A DNA stretch of 62,783 bases, filler included, from Choristocarpus tenellus KU-1152 (Eukaryota > Protista > Phaeophyceae), in NCBI GenBank assembly GCA_964200185.2. It is 13 parts of 13 records of this genome, joined end to end, with 100 filler letters (N's around TTAATTAATTAA, not from the genome) between each part and the next. Parts side by side here need not be neighbours in the genome. Positions count along the whole stretch, not along the records: positions 17,654 to 24,809 come from CAXNAD020006605.1; positions 24,910 to 36,239 come from CAXNAD020002383.1; 11 more parts are not named here. One strand, written 5' to 3'. Made by a program: the position numbers and the translations under genes. The stretch's first letter is position 1, and every line of letters begins with the position of its first letter. The notes below the pieces were generated by a model, which ran no database searches, was not told where the DNA came from, and worked only from the letters and a program-made list of their open reading frames with translations. Positions 23,822 to 36,041 of the stretch are shown here, one piece after another.

Positions 23822-25304
23822 CCTCTCCTTTATCGATTTCAGTCGTAAGGTGTTCGCTGTTGATGTTCGATGGTTCTACACCAATTTTAAATTTGAGGAG
23901 TTTTACATACTTGACATGGCGTCTTACTTGGGAGTTACCTTTCCTTTACAGAAAGCTGGTATAGGACAAGGTATATCGATTGACATAGGGCCCACCTATG
24001 TTGCCTTGCCCGCACAATATCCAGATCCATGGCTTCGAAGAAGGTAATAGAGTATGCGCGGAAGCAGAGGGAGCAGAAAGAAGAGCAGGTGAGAGCAAGG
24101 GGAATTCTATCACTAGATGCAGTTGGCGCTCTCCGATCGAGGTGGTTGAAGGAGTACGGTGGAGCTCTGTCTTCTTTCTCCCCGTCCCTCTGGGGTCTCT
24201 TCCTTTTATCGATGGACCATTGAATCGGTTGTACGTCAAGATCGATTCAGCGGCGACTTGCAGATGAGAAGTCCTGAAAAGTATTGATCAACCAGCCTGG
24301 TGTTCCGTATTGAGTGTACGGCCGACGGACATATTGTGCTTGGATGAAGAAGGCAATGTCGGAGCAATGTGCACAATTGATCTTTGCAGACCACAAGAAT
24401 GATGTGCAAGGGCTGTATCAATGCTCAGGATTTTCTCGCTCCAACGTTTTGTGCAATATTGGTATCTCGATGCTCGATACTTAAAACTACTATATGCTTT
24501 GGTGGATTTTAGATCTTCCTCCATTTTGTCGCACCTACATGACCCCCGGACCTATAACTCAGCCTGATTACTCCGACCCTTCCATTACCTCCCCCCGCCC
24601 TATCCATTGACCACAGGAGCGCTTAAAAAGCAACAATGAACCCAAACCTGCTCGCCCCCCTTACATGGGTACTTCTGGGAAAAAGAAGACCAACCCGTCC
24701 GACAATGACAATAACAGCAATTTGTTCGGTAAATTGCTAGGGGCAGGGAGTGAGATCAAAGCCGGGGGCAAGGGTGGGGGTGGGAGTGGGGTAGGCCAGG
24801 GTGGGGATGNNNNNNNNNNNNNNNNNNNNNNNNNNNNNNNNNNNNNNNNNNNNTTAATTAATTAANNNNNNNNNNNNNNNNNNNNNNNNNNNNNNNNNNN
24901 NNNNNNNNNCCCACAAACGCCCCCCCCCCCCCACCCCCCCCCCCCCCCCCCCCCCAGATACTTTGACCCTGATACATCAACCAAATCTAGCAACAATCTT
25001 TAAGAACAAGCTCAAGGTTTAGTCTGCACAATAGGGCTCTCTTCAAGTAGGCATACCACCAATGTGCCAACTGTAACTGCAAAAGAGGGCTTCATTCTCC
25101 CTCTGCTTTTCTGCCATGCAACAGTATATATATATGACCTTGATCTACACAGAGCATCCCAGTTGAAGGAGTACAAGCTTCTTCAACAACAGGATCTGGC
25201 AGGTACATATCAAATGCCACAAACACCTTCCTTTGCCTTCCCCACCAATCCTCAGCCACAGGTGTCCAACCCATCAAGCTCAAACCTCCATCCGTCACCC
25301 TCAC

Positions 25305-26443
25305 CAACTAGGCTTCCTGCTGATGCCCCATAGACTGCATCAAATGCATCTGCCAGGCCTAGGTGATGAAGGCACGACACCATACCAGCTGCAACACAGC
25401 CCCGCATCCCTCCTCCCTGCAGCAAAAGGAACAAAAGTGTTTATCTGTTCTGTGTGGAATATAGTTGTGGGGCTAACTGACAGGAGCAAAAAGATCGTTG
25501 TGGGGACAGCATCCCTACCCCAGATTGCTCCTCAGTCCTTGAGGCATGCATTAAATGGGATTGCTCTTGTGGATTTTCTTGTGAGGCAGGTCGATCTTCC
25601 AAGGGTCCGGGAGAAACAATACACCAGGCCAGAAAAGAAGCTCCTTACCCTTCCTCTTTATTTCTTTTTGCGTCGACGTGTATACCCCTGTATCGTACCT
25701 CTATCGCCAGGCCGATGCGCATTCCATCAGTACGCCCAGAGGGTTTAGATCCAGCGGCAGCCCGGCTCAATATAGCCTGAACAACAGGATGACTATATCG
25801 CTCCCCTCCGTCACTTCCCTCTTCTCGANNNNNNNNNNTCTCGATCTACGTCCAATGCCGAGCGTCGACTGGTCTTCACAGACAAATCCTCCAAGCCCCA
25901 GCCCTCCTTGTCCACGAGATACGAAAGTTCTCCTACAGACTGCAATTCCAGCAAAGGTCGTGGACCGAACACGGATCTCCATTGTCCACGTCCATTCCCA
26001 TTAACCAACGGGCGACCTCTCGAAGGTGGCAACACCGTGTCCTCCACGACAGGGGTCACCCTCGTCCCTGCAGACTCGACGGTAAAAGGGGTATCAGAGG
26101 TACCAACGGTCATCGACTGCTGCGAGCGTCGCCGACGTCTTTGACGAGCGCGCACGATTCGCTTAGCTCGCAGCACCAAAGCTCTCCGTAACCGACGACG
26201 GCGCTGACCAACATCTTTAGTGGGTGCATCTTCCTCTTGCTTCGTCTTACTCGAAGCAGTTCGAACATCACAACTTGTGAGTTGGTTCCTAGTTGGCCTC
26301 TGGGCAGTGTAACTTGATAAAGTACATGGTGATGCTATGAAAGCCCCCTGTGTGGACTCAAAGAGAGTCAAAATATCCAGCACAACAATCGCCACAACAG
26401 CCCACGCACACTGAAAACGTAAGCATTTCCAATCTAGTAGCAT
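25305..26443 (-). CDS. Patatin-like phospholipase with a probable bipartite plastid-targeting presequence; exons 26443-25699 (10-N gap inside) and 25416-25305; 3' part missing
   Basis: RIGLAIE|GGGMRGCVAAGM (oxyanion GGGxRG) and VYGASAGSLV (GxSxG). A hydrophobic signal peptide ends in TQGA-FIASP and is followed by a Ser/Thr/Arg-rich transit-like segment. Confidence 0.88.
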
Positions 26444-27291
26444 CGAAAAGAACTCACTGCGAGGATGAACCTTTCTTTTAACAGATGCCGATAGTCCTTA
26501 CTCTCGATTTACACAAGATATCACAGTTTACACTCGGGACGCTGGCACACTAGACATCTAAGGCGTGCAACAACCTTCTCGTTGAAATGTCAGTTCAGTT
26601 TAGTGTCACGTTCAAACTGTTGCATCGCCACCCAAAGGTTTTGAACGCCCGTACAAGATAGAGGATTGTTATCTCTGTGAATCCACTACCTAAATGCTGC
26701 CGCTACAGGGCAAGGTGGGTACAACATGGCGCTTTCACGGATGCAATTGTTTGCAATACTTATCTGGTCCGTTGTACCTGTATGTACACTGCAGGATATT
26801 GAGGAGTATCCATCTTAGCAAAAATCACCACAATATTTGTACTACTACAACTACTACTTCTACCTATGTGATTGGGTTTGGCTCTGGGCGTTCGTTGCGG
26901 TTGGTCTAAAAGGTTCCTCTCTTCATCACGGCGATTCTTTCCCAAATTTCTCGTCCTCTCAATCGCCTCTCTTCCCGGAGCACCTTTCATCTTTACCCTT
27001 GTTGATCGTGTCCGAGATATTCTGTTCGACCCAAATTGTCAATATTTCGCATCCTCTCATGATAGATGCCTCTATTTTCCGTCCATTCTTGCTGCAACCG
27101 CAATTGACACGATGCTCATGGTACCATCTGTCAATCGGTGGGCATGGCATTCGTCTGTAGACTTACAGTTGGCCACTTTGCAACGTTTCTCTCTATTTTC
27201 ATCTTGGGTGACTTGTGGAGGTGACTTGGTTCCTTTCGTCGTACTTTGAGGTTCAGAGTCTGTGGCTAGCTGGGGTTGCCGTCCCGTCTCC

Positions 27292-30200
27292 ATGACGACA
27301 CAGGATGCAAAGATAAAATGGGTCGAAGGTACCCCTTTCATGGTTGACGGGTTCAGATATTGTAACCCGAGGTGCACCTACTACCTGTTGACCCACTTCC
27401 ACTCAGGTGAGATACTTTCATATTTCGAAATGACACTCTTGGGTTACGCATCGGTTTCCTCTGTTGTCAAGGTTGCAGTGTCTTGTGAGAGAATCCGGGA
27501 CTTCTCATTCCCTCTACAAAGCATGAAATATTTGCTCATGAATGGTTGAACAGGGTGTCATACACACAAGAGGCGCCATAGCAACTGTTCGGATATCGAC
27601 TTGCCTTTTTTTTTCATGCCAAACTTGAGACCTCTGAAAAACTTGACACAGGCAGTAGGAGGGGAAAATTCGTGGAATAGTAGAAGATCGATCGAAGTGA
27701 GCAGAAAACATGTATCGCATGCATGTATGCGAGACTCCTATGACAGCACCTACTGAGGGAGTAACGATAAACTGTTGTCAATGATTGCATGCTCAGTCAA
27801 GCAAACTAAGTTAGCACCCTCCCTACCTCCCCATGCCAACCCGCTGAATACCTCAGACCACACCACAGGTCTCACACGATCCTTCTCTGCAGGTACTATT
27901 TATACATCACAAGGCACTGCAGCCCTCATAACGGACCTCCTTGGTGTCAACCCTGAACGGGTGGTCGGCCTTCCAATGGAGAAACCGACCATAGTTGCTG
28001 GTTTTGAAATCACTCTGATTGACGCCAACCACTGCCCTGCTGCAGTTATGTGAGTTTTCCCTTGTTCCTCTTGAACAGCGATTGCTGCACCATGCACAAT
28101 CTTAATATTTTATCTTGCATTACAGTAGCCAAGGTAGCCTGTGCTAACTTGTTCACTGTTACACTCTGGCCTCCAAAGGTAGTCTCCCCTGCCCTGCAAC
28201 TGTACTGCACTGTTAAGGTGTTGAGATAGTACTGTCCTACTGAGGACACCAGGCCTACATGAGACTAGTGCTTCAGTTGCACTGTGCCATCCCCTTACCT
28301 TGACAAGTAACTTGCACTCACCCCCTCCCTCTTCTTCTATTCAAGAATTCGATTTGACTGTGCCGTCCATGCAGTGTCATACCAACAGCAGATCACCTAT
28401 CCCTTTCTCGTCCATGCCTCCTCCTCTAAGGTTCCTCATCCGTGACCCTCGACCAGGGGGACGCACGAGTTTGCACACAGGGGACTTCAGAGCCGCCCCA
28501 GTGGTGTGCCACAATCCCCTGCTCACTGCAGTGAAAGGTCAGGTCGATGCACTATACCTTGACACCACCTACTGTGGCCCACGCCACTGCTTTTCCAGTC
28601 AGGAGGAGGTGGGTGTGTTTCACGTTCCAAACAATCGTTCTGCTTCATGTTATGTGGTATCAACACATGGTATGCTTTACCTTGAGCGATTTTTAGGGTT
28701 GATTCGGTGAATAGGAATGCACTCTTGAGCATGTAGTAACAGCATGTGTACACCCAGCACACTGCCAACGATTTGATCCCTGTTGGGTGTTGTTCTTTTT
28801 TTAAATGGCAGGTGTTGGAAGAGACAGCACAGCTAGTTCACCACGAGTTGAGTAGGGATTCAGGTACACTTTTCTTGGTGGGCACATATCAGATCGGGAA
28901 GGAGAAGGTTCTGGAGACTGTGGCCAAGGCTGCAGGGAGCAGGTGTTTCGGGTGGAGTGGTGCAGTGTGCTTGTGCTCACCTGGGACTGACCAATTATTC
29001 CCACTGTGGTGCTAAGGGTTTCGTGATTTAGCCGGAGAGTTTTGTTTGGGGGTTCTGCTTGGTACCACTATTTTCAATAACCCCACTCCTGATGCTGCTG
29101 AGGGTTCTGTCCTGTAATCGGAGGGTTTTGATTTGGGGTTCTGCTTGGTACCACTATTTTTGATAATATCGGCGTTGAAAATCAAAACCCATTTATTCCC
29201 GTGAGTTAAATCGTATCGGAAAAAAAAAATAATCAAAAAGGTACATGCGCTGCACGAGTTGGGCCCTGCAAACCCACCTAACCTAGCGCCACAGGGATCC
29301 CGGAGTAGAGTGTGCAGCCCGCCAAGAAAGGAACAGTCAATTGAAAATCTCCCCCCTGGTTTTGGGATCAAGTAATCGTGATTTAACTGAATCATAGCGA
29401 CTCGAGCGGTACCAATAACAACAACAGAAAAACAGTGCGTTGCGTTTTCAAGTCCGTTGTTAGAAGCATAGACACCCTCGAGTTTGTGTGCCTTTTTGGT
29501 TGAGAACGAAGTTGATGAAATGATAGTGAAAGCTGGTCTGTACATGTGCGTAGGTGCTGTCGCGTATTTAGGTGTAACTGTACCAATACCAGGGTCATCA
29601 ATTAACTGACTGGCCGCCCTGGTGGTACAGCAGCATCTCAATAATTTGACCAGTACCACAGTACAAGTGTGTCTCTCACCGCCTTCCTACCTTCATTCTG
29701 TTGGCGCACCTTTGTTTACCTTGCAGCACAATCGCCACCCGCACGTGTTTCTATCCCCCTTCCCTCCACCCCTTCCAACCCACTTTCTCTTCAACTCTTC
29801 CCACCCCTCCCTACCCACCTCACCGTTGCCACTGGGGCGCCGGTGGGCAATCCTGGTGTTGCTAATAGGTGCCTCGTCTCAGGGCGCAAGGCAAGGGTGC
29901 TGCGGCTTTCAGGTGCATGGAAGAACTCTTGCTACACCACACATGATGCAGGCGGTGGAGGCTTAGAAGAGGAGGGTCACGTCCGGGTGCATGCTGTGCC
30001 CATGTCTGACACATCCCCTGATGCACTGCTCGCTGCTCTCACAGCTGCAAGGGCACAGGGAGCCCCTTTTACAAGTGTTTGTGGTGTGCGACCCACTGGC
30101 TGGACACATACCAACAACAGGCCTAGGGCGGGTGCTGGAGCAGGCACCGGTGCCAAGGTGAGAGCTAGGTTTCAACCAAGAGACGATGAAGGAGCAGAGA

Positions 30201-32453
30201 CCAGAGTAAAAGATGGAGGTAATAGCGGGTTAGGTGGTAATGGGAATAGGATGTTAGGGATGGGGGCTGATGGACAAGGTCTCACGCCGGAGGCTGATGA
30301 TAGGGAGTGGGAAGAGGAGGATGAGGAAGAGGTGATCAGGATGCCTCATGAGGAGGCTGGAGAGGTAGGGAAGAGTGATGCTGGAGAAGCCAAGGTTGGA
30401 ATGCAATTGGGGGAGGGTGGTTGGTCAGGCAAAAAGCCGTGGGTGAAAGGAGTGGCGAGCATGTACTCAGTACCGTACTCAGAACACAGCTCCTTCACTG
30501 AGCTGCAGGATTTTGTCCGGGCATTGAAACCGAGGTGAGAAGGAAGTTTGACTGTTCTGGAATATAATTTAGATCGAAAACTATAGGCCACTTCTGGCCA
30601 AAGTGATGCATTGGAAAGTGCAATTTCCCTGCCTTTACCTGACCATTGTTAGCGTAAGTCTCTCTCTATCTCTATCTCTATCTCACTCTCTGTTGATCTG
30701 TAAAATAGCAAGCTGGGCCCAACTACCTTATTGAGGCTGTGTGTGTAAGGTAGGGCTTATAGTATCCATACTGTACATACCACCGCTGTACAACAGTCAT
30801 TGATGACTGTGAACAAGTGTCTGTTTGAGATCTTCAAGACAAAGATCGGAGGATTGTGGGGGGGAGCGATCACCTCTCATGTGCAGCACTTGCCTTACTC
30901 ATTGACTTGCGCGATGTAGGAAGCACAGGTCCAGCGATATCTAGCTGCGCACGAAGCGTTTTCATTGATACCCTAGAGCCTTTTTTTCCTGTGGAGGCAT
31001 GGTGGTATTGCCGTTAGATCACACTCAGGGTTAGGGTTAGTGGGCAAAATTACTTTTCCTCGTGTCATCCCACCTTCCCTGCTGCACTTTCTCTTCTGAT
31101 TGTGACTAATTAATAGCCATAATCCTCCCCTTTGAAATTGAATAATTCAAGAAGTATTTTCATTTGGCAAAAGTACTCCACATGCAGTTTTACGATTACA
31201 GCTATGATGGGTTCGTCTTTATCCTTTCTTAGACAAGATTCCTCCCACTACCGCAACTCGCAGCTTCGTTCCTGTACTCCCTATCTCTCTCACCTCCCTC
31301 CCCGGGCCTGAGCGGTCCATCCGTCAGCTCCCCCTTCCGCTGGCTCGCCGTTTTCCTGAGNNNNNNNNNNCCCCCCCCCTCGTATTTTATGCGCTATCTC
31401 AGGGCAATCATTCCAACTGTCAATGCTACTTCAACGGCATCTGTGGAGCGCATGCTGAGCCACTTCCTAGGCTTTATGGACCTCTCGAGGGACAAGAAGC
31501 GGATTGATTCCTACTTCAGTAGGCCAGCATGCCCTCCACCTACCACCATGCCCAGTGATACACGCATCCTCCCCCCCATATCAAATAGTGGAGACCGCCC
31601 CTCACCCACCAGGTCAGGCAGCTTGGGCATTGTTCCACACCACGCCAGTGCCGAAGTGACACCCCAGTCTGATGCGAAGGCACTGTCTGTCCACCCTACC
31701 TCCAGATGTACCACCACTGTTGCTACTGGAGTAACAAGGGGCTCGGGAGCTACGCCTGATGCGCCAGCCAGTAACATGGCAGGGATCTCCATTGCAGTAG
31801 TGGAGTCAGATGAGCGCAAACGAGCACAAGTATCGTTGCTGTCGAATTCCCTGCCTCCTCCCTTACAAGTTCAGCTCAGTGGTACCAGCACCACCACCTC
31901 ACCAAAGAATTCCCCTGCTCTCAAAGCTGTTGAACCCTTGCCAGCCAAGGTCTTGCAACCCACCTTGCAAAGTCCCTCCTCGGTGCTGGCCAGTTCTGGT
32001 GAGGAACTAGTCTGCCTCAACCTGGTAGATGTTGAAGTGCAGCGGGCTATCCTTGATGATATAGAGAGGAAAAAGCAGAGTGTGCTCAGCTCTAGGGGGG
32101 GACAAGGGTTATTGTCGGGGGGAGGGGGAGGGAGGGAGGGGGAGGGAGGGACATCGCTGCGACGGCGACAGCGGCGGCGACAGCAGCAACAACGCAAGCA
32201 ACAACGCCAGTTGTCGGAGAAGGGAGGTCATTTAGACCATCGAGAAGGGGGAGGGAAGAAGAGGGGGCATTCTTCTCTGCTCTCTGGGGAAAGAGCAAGA
32301 GCAGTCATTGGTGGAGGGGGGGAGGCAAGGGTAGGGTTGGGCAGGTTAAGGGGAGAAGGGGGTGGTAGGGTGGGGGAGGAAGATCAATCGAGTCAGGTAT
32401 CAAGCTCATCAGAAGTGTCGATCCAGAGCTTCTTCTCTAGGGTAGCACAATAG
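27292..32453 (+). CDS. SNM1: DNA interstrand cross-link repair nuclease of the SNM1/PSO2/DCLRE1 family (MBL/beta-CASP); exons 27292-27406, 27857-28049, 28431-28608, 28812-28942, 29869-30534, 31403-32453
   Basis: Motifs FMVDGFRY, LTHFHS|DHTTGL, DANHCPAAVM, HTGDFR, LYLDTTYC, VGTYQIGKEK, VPYSEHSSFTEL, IIPTVN. All introns are GT-AG and in phase. Confidence 0.93.
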
Positions 32454-34297
32454 TATCTGCAGCAAAAATATGTCCACTTCTCTGGTGATTGATTCTGTCT
32501 CACCCCAGTCTCTGTTGCCATATTTGTACAGTTGTAGCATAGAACCTTTTGGGGGGGGGGGGAGGAGGAGGAATTTTCGATGTCTTTTTTTTTTGTGCNN
32601 NNNNNNNNTGTTTTACAACGAGATTGATTTGCGAACATGTACAGTTGTATGATAGAAAGTATTGAGGGGGGGGGAGGAGGAGGAATTTTCGATGTCTTTT
32701 TTTTTTGTGCCAATGGTGTTGTGCATAGGCAAAGATGAGATTAATGCAAAAAGGAACAGCATTTGTTCAGTGCACAATTTAAACCTTCTCTTTGTCAACA
32801 ATATTGGTGTAGAGGGCTGGGTGTACGCCCCAGTCACAAGAAGGTGTCCATCCGTGATTTGAAGACTCCAAGTACTGAGTGTTTGTTATGAGGACAATAA
32901 CAGGATGTTGTGCATCGTTCATTGAGCTAGAGAGGTGGAACCTATTTAAACATAATGACCTCCAGACAAGATTATCATGGTTGTCTGAGTAGCTACCTGG
33001 CTGGGCATGGTTGTTGTCATGCTCTAAATCCCACACCAGTGAGCTCCATGATCTCTTCACTTTTTCATCACCATACTGATACGCATCATTTAGGTGTTCT
33101 TGCCTTTGTTTGCACCTGGTGCCACACACTGAGCAGGCAAGAATCCGTCAGGGATGTTTGACTTGTTTCACACCCTGTACACTAAGTGACCTATTTATGT
33201 CTGTTGGCAGTCCTTCACTGTTTCACAGTAGGTCGATCCTCTTGAGTCAAGCAGGAGGAGGTGTTTCCGGTGGAGTGAGTCCCTCCTCAAGGTGTCGGAA
33301 GGTGTGATTAGTAGGCAATCATCCTGACCAAACTAATCTGACAATTTCCTTCCTCTTACTCAAAGTGGACAACTACTGTTATGTGTTGGTTGACTCTTGA
33401 GGGAAAAACACTGTTGTCCCAACTCAAGTTAATTTTCAAGTACTTTGATACAAAGAGAAAAACTGATCAGTTTCTTCTAGTCCTAATGTTCATAGCCACC
33501 AGTTCCTCAAAAACACACACAGTAATTAAGCGCTTTCCTCCACAATGTGATCGATCTGTGCTATCAGATACAAATGCTCAAAAAATTAAAAGGGGGAATT
33601 TTTATGTTTTTAAGAAAACACAATACAGTATAGTTGTGGACAGTTGTACAGGTCTCTACATTAAGTTAATATCTCTGCATGCAGAACAGCTGAAACCTAA
33701 CCAGGAAGTCAACAAACTACCTCAGACACTGGAAGCACCACTTGAAACCTATCTAGAGTCAAAATCAGACCACCACAGCTGTTGACCTGAACATCCTGGG
33801 CTGAGATTCAAACTGCAAAGAAGTCTGTAAGTCTGCTACTACTGTGTACTGGATCTGATCACTACCTCAGTATCTTAACGATATTCAGGCACATCACGTG
33901 GTAAATGCAACAAAGTTACTGAACCGGCTCTAATAAATGAAATTAGGATATACGTTGCTCTGTCGAGGTTCCTAATCCACACCTTATTCTGATAGTTCTA
34001 TTGAGTGTTCCTTTCTTACCTGTCACCCCGATAATGTAATGCTATAGTACTAATGGTTTCAAAAAGATGAACAGTCAAACTCCTGCAGGACATCAAGAGG
34101 CCCCATGTCCTCTCTCCATACCTCCATAGTTTGATGTCTAGAACTCAATTTCTTTTGCATTCAAGAACCAATCATCTCCAGGGATAAATGCTTTGAACAA
34201 AGCAGAACGATCTCTAAGTACGTTGTATCAAGGATACCCACAACAGTCATACATCCAACTCACTCCATCGCCTGTATCAGTAGACATCGGAAAATTG

Positions 34298-34784
34298 CAG
34301 GGCGTTTCATCAGGCCAGGAAAATGTAAACGGACCAATACGCACACTGCACCAGTCCCAATAATTTGAACAGATCCAGATCGGGTCGTGGGAAGGCCTGC
34401 AGAGGAAATAGAAAAGATGGTACAAAGCTGACCTGGTCCGATCCCGATCAAACTAAATCGATCACAACGATGAAAAAGAGTGTGACTGAAGGGATACATG
34501 AAAACAAATAACCCACAAGAATTTGGGATAATTCAGGATATAACAAGTAATTTGTTTAGCCCAGTCTGACCCATCTTTACCTGCCAGCCCGGTTAAGATA
34601 CTACTATATTCACGACCATCGACTATTTAAATAGAAGCAAGACCACAGATTAGCCTGGTGCCACCGTGTTCTTTCTGACAGGGCTGGTCCATGGCCTGTC
34701 AACCGTTTCCAGGTGTGTGGTATAGCCTGCGGCCAAGGCCTAGACCCCAGTCATGCGAACAGACAGGACCGATCAAAAGCCCTC
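34298..34784. mobile_element. hAT-like non-autonomous element
   Basis: Imperfect TIRs CAGGGCGTTTCATC / GATCAAAAGCCCTC. The 8-bp flanks GAAAATTG / AAAAATTG match at 7 of 8 positions. A related-looking relic lies at about 39521-39805. Confidence 0.55.
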
Positions 34785-35933
34785 AAAAATTGCACTATAC
34801 ATTGGAAGTGGAGCAAGCAAAAACAAAAAAACTCAAACCAAAATACTGCTTCAGGATCTCTATATTTGAAATCAACATGCGGGATAGAACAGGAACTCCA
34901 CTAACAACACACACACACAACAGCAATTCAACGAAATTTCAACTATGAATCATAGACCCTGCCTCAAGAAGCGGATTGATCTTGCATCACCCCTTCCCCT
35001 TCCTTACCCCCCACCCCCTCCGTCATTCTGTGGTACCATTACATAACCTCCCCCCCCCCTGCGCCCAGAATTTCCTGTCCCCAACAGTGCTGACGGAGTC
35101 CCACGATGAACCCCCACATTGGTCGTTGAAGCCTCGGCTTCCTGCACATAGAACAAGATGGTGGGAGGGGGGGGGTACAGATTAGTGGTCAATGTCAAGG
35201 TTGAGTCTGAAGGAGGGCCGGGGCAGGAAAATTGTGGTGGGGGAGGGGGAATCACTACAACTAGTGTTTTTAAGTTTTTGATGATAGAAGGTATTGCATC
35301 CACATGCAATGCAATGCAATGTAGGGGTAGGGGTGAGGAGGAAGTAGACCACAAGTCAGCATTTGGTTTGCTTTTCAAACATACTACGACAAGCATTGTG
35401 AATAGGCAAAGAAGAAACTGATGTGAGCTAGGCACGAGAAACAAGGCATGATTATCTTGCCATTTAGGACTCTTCAAAACACTGGAGAACAGAGTCAAGC
35501 TGTGCAAGCAGAATCTACCAACATGTTTCAACCTCGGGGAGTCAATCAGGATGAGGTGGTGGTCCAAGTGACAGTTAGGTCTACTTGATGGTTCTGCACT
35601 AACACCAAAGGTGATGCACAAGTTCAGACTACAGACTAGCATATGGGAGAGATGCAGAATCCTGCTTTCTTCCTGTCCAAATGTTGGTGTACCTTCATCA
35701 CTGGACACACTGGAGTGGGTTGATTTCTTCTCCCAACTACATGCATAATAATAGTGTATTGATCTGATTATCAAGATGATCTGGTCATCTAGATGCACAT
35801 GCACTGCAGCTAGTACTACTAAATATCTAGTAGTACTCATGGGACACTACTTAGAGAGTGGAAGGGGGAGGGAGGGCAGGGGCAGGGGCAGGGGCAGGGG
35901 CAGTACAGCTGTACCAGAAAGAGGGAGGCTTAC

Positions 35934-36041
35934 TTGTCTTGCCCTCTCCAGTGCTTCATCCGCTCGAATCGATCGAACCACAAAGACTAGGATCTCAACC
36001 AATAGGATAAACACAGCCCCAGCCAAACCAATCACAAGCCT
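35934..36041 (-). CDS. Single exon encoding a transmembrane helix, Vma12/TMEM199-like C-terminus
   Basis: cag|RLVIGLAGAVFILLVEILVFVVRSIRADEALERARQ|gtaag, 108 nt in phase 0. GL.GA..IL.VE..F resembles the second TM helix of Vma12. Confidence 0.45.

Noticed and set aside
12980-31040. Short TTAGGG runs (about 12981, 13986, 22160, 31028) as telomeres
   Set aside because: Only 2-3 units at internal positions; these are simple-sequence occurrences.
32530-32710. Direct repeat GGGG...GAGGAGGAGGAATTTTCGATGTCTTTTTTTTTGTGC
   Set aside because: The two copies bracket a 10-N gap and homopolymers, so this is most likely a scaffolding overlap artefact.
35004-35840. The 278-aa minus-strand ORF and many other 60-200 aa ORFs in the track
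   Set aside because: No domain signal and intron-like composition, or antisense shadows of real exons.
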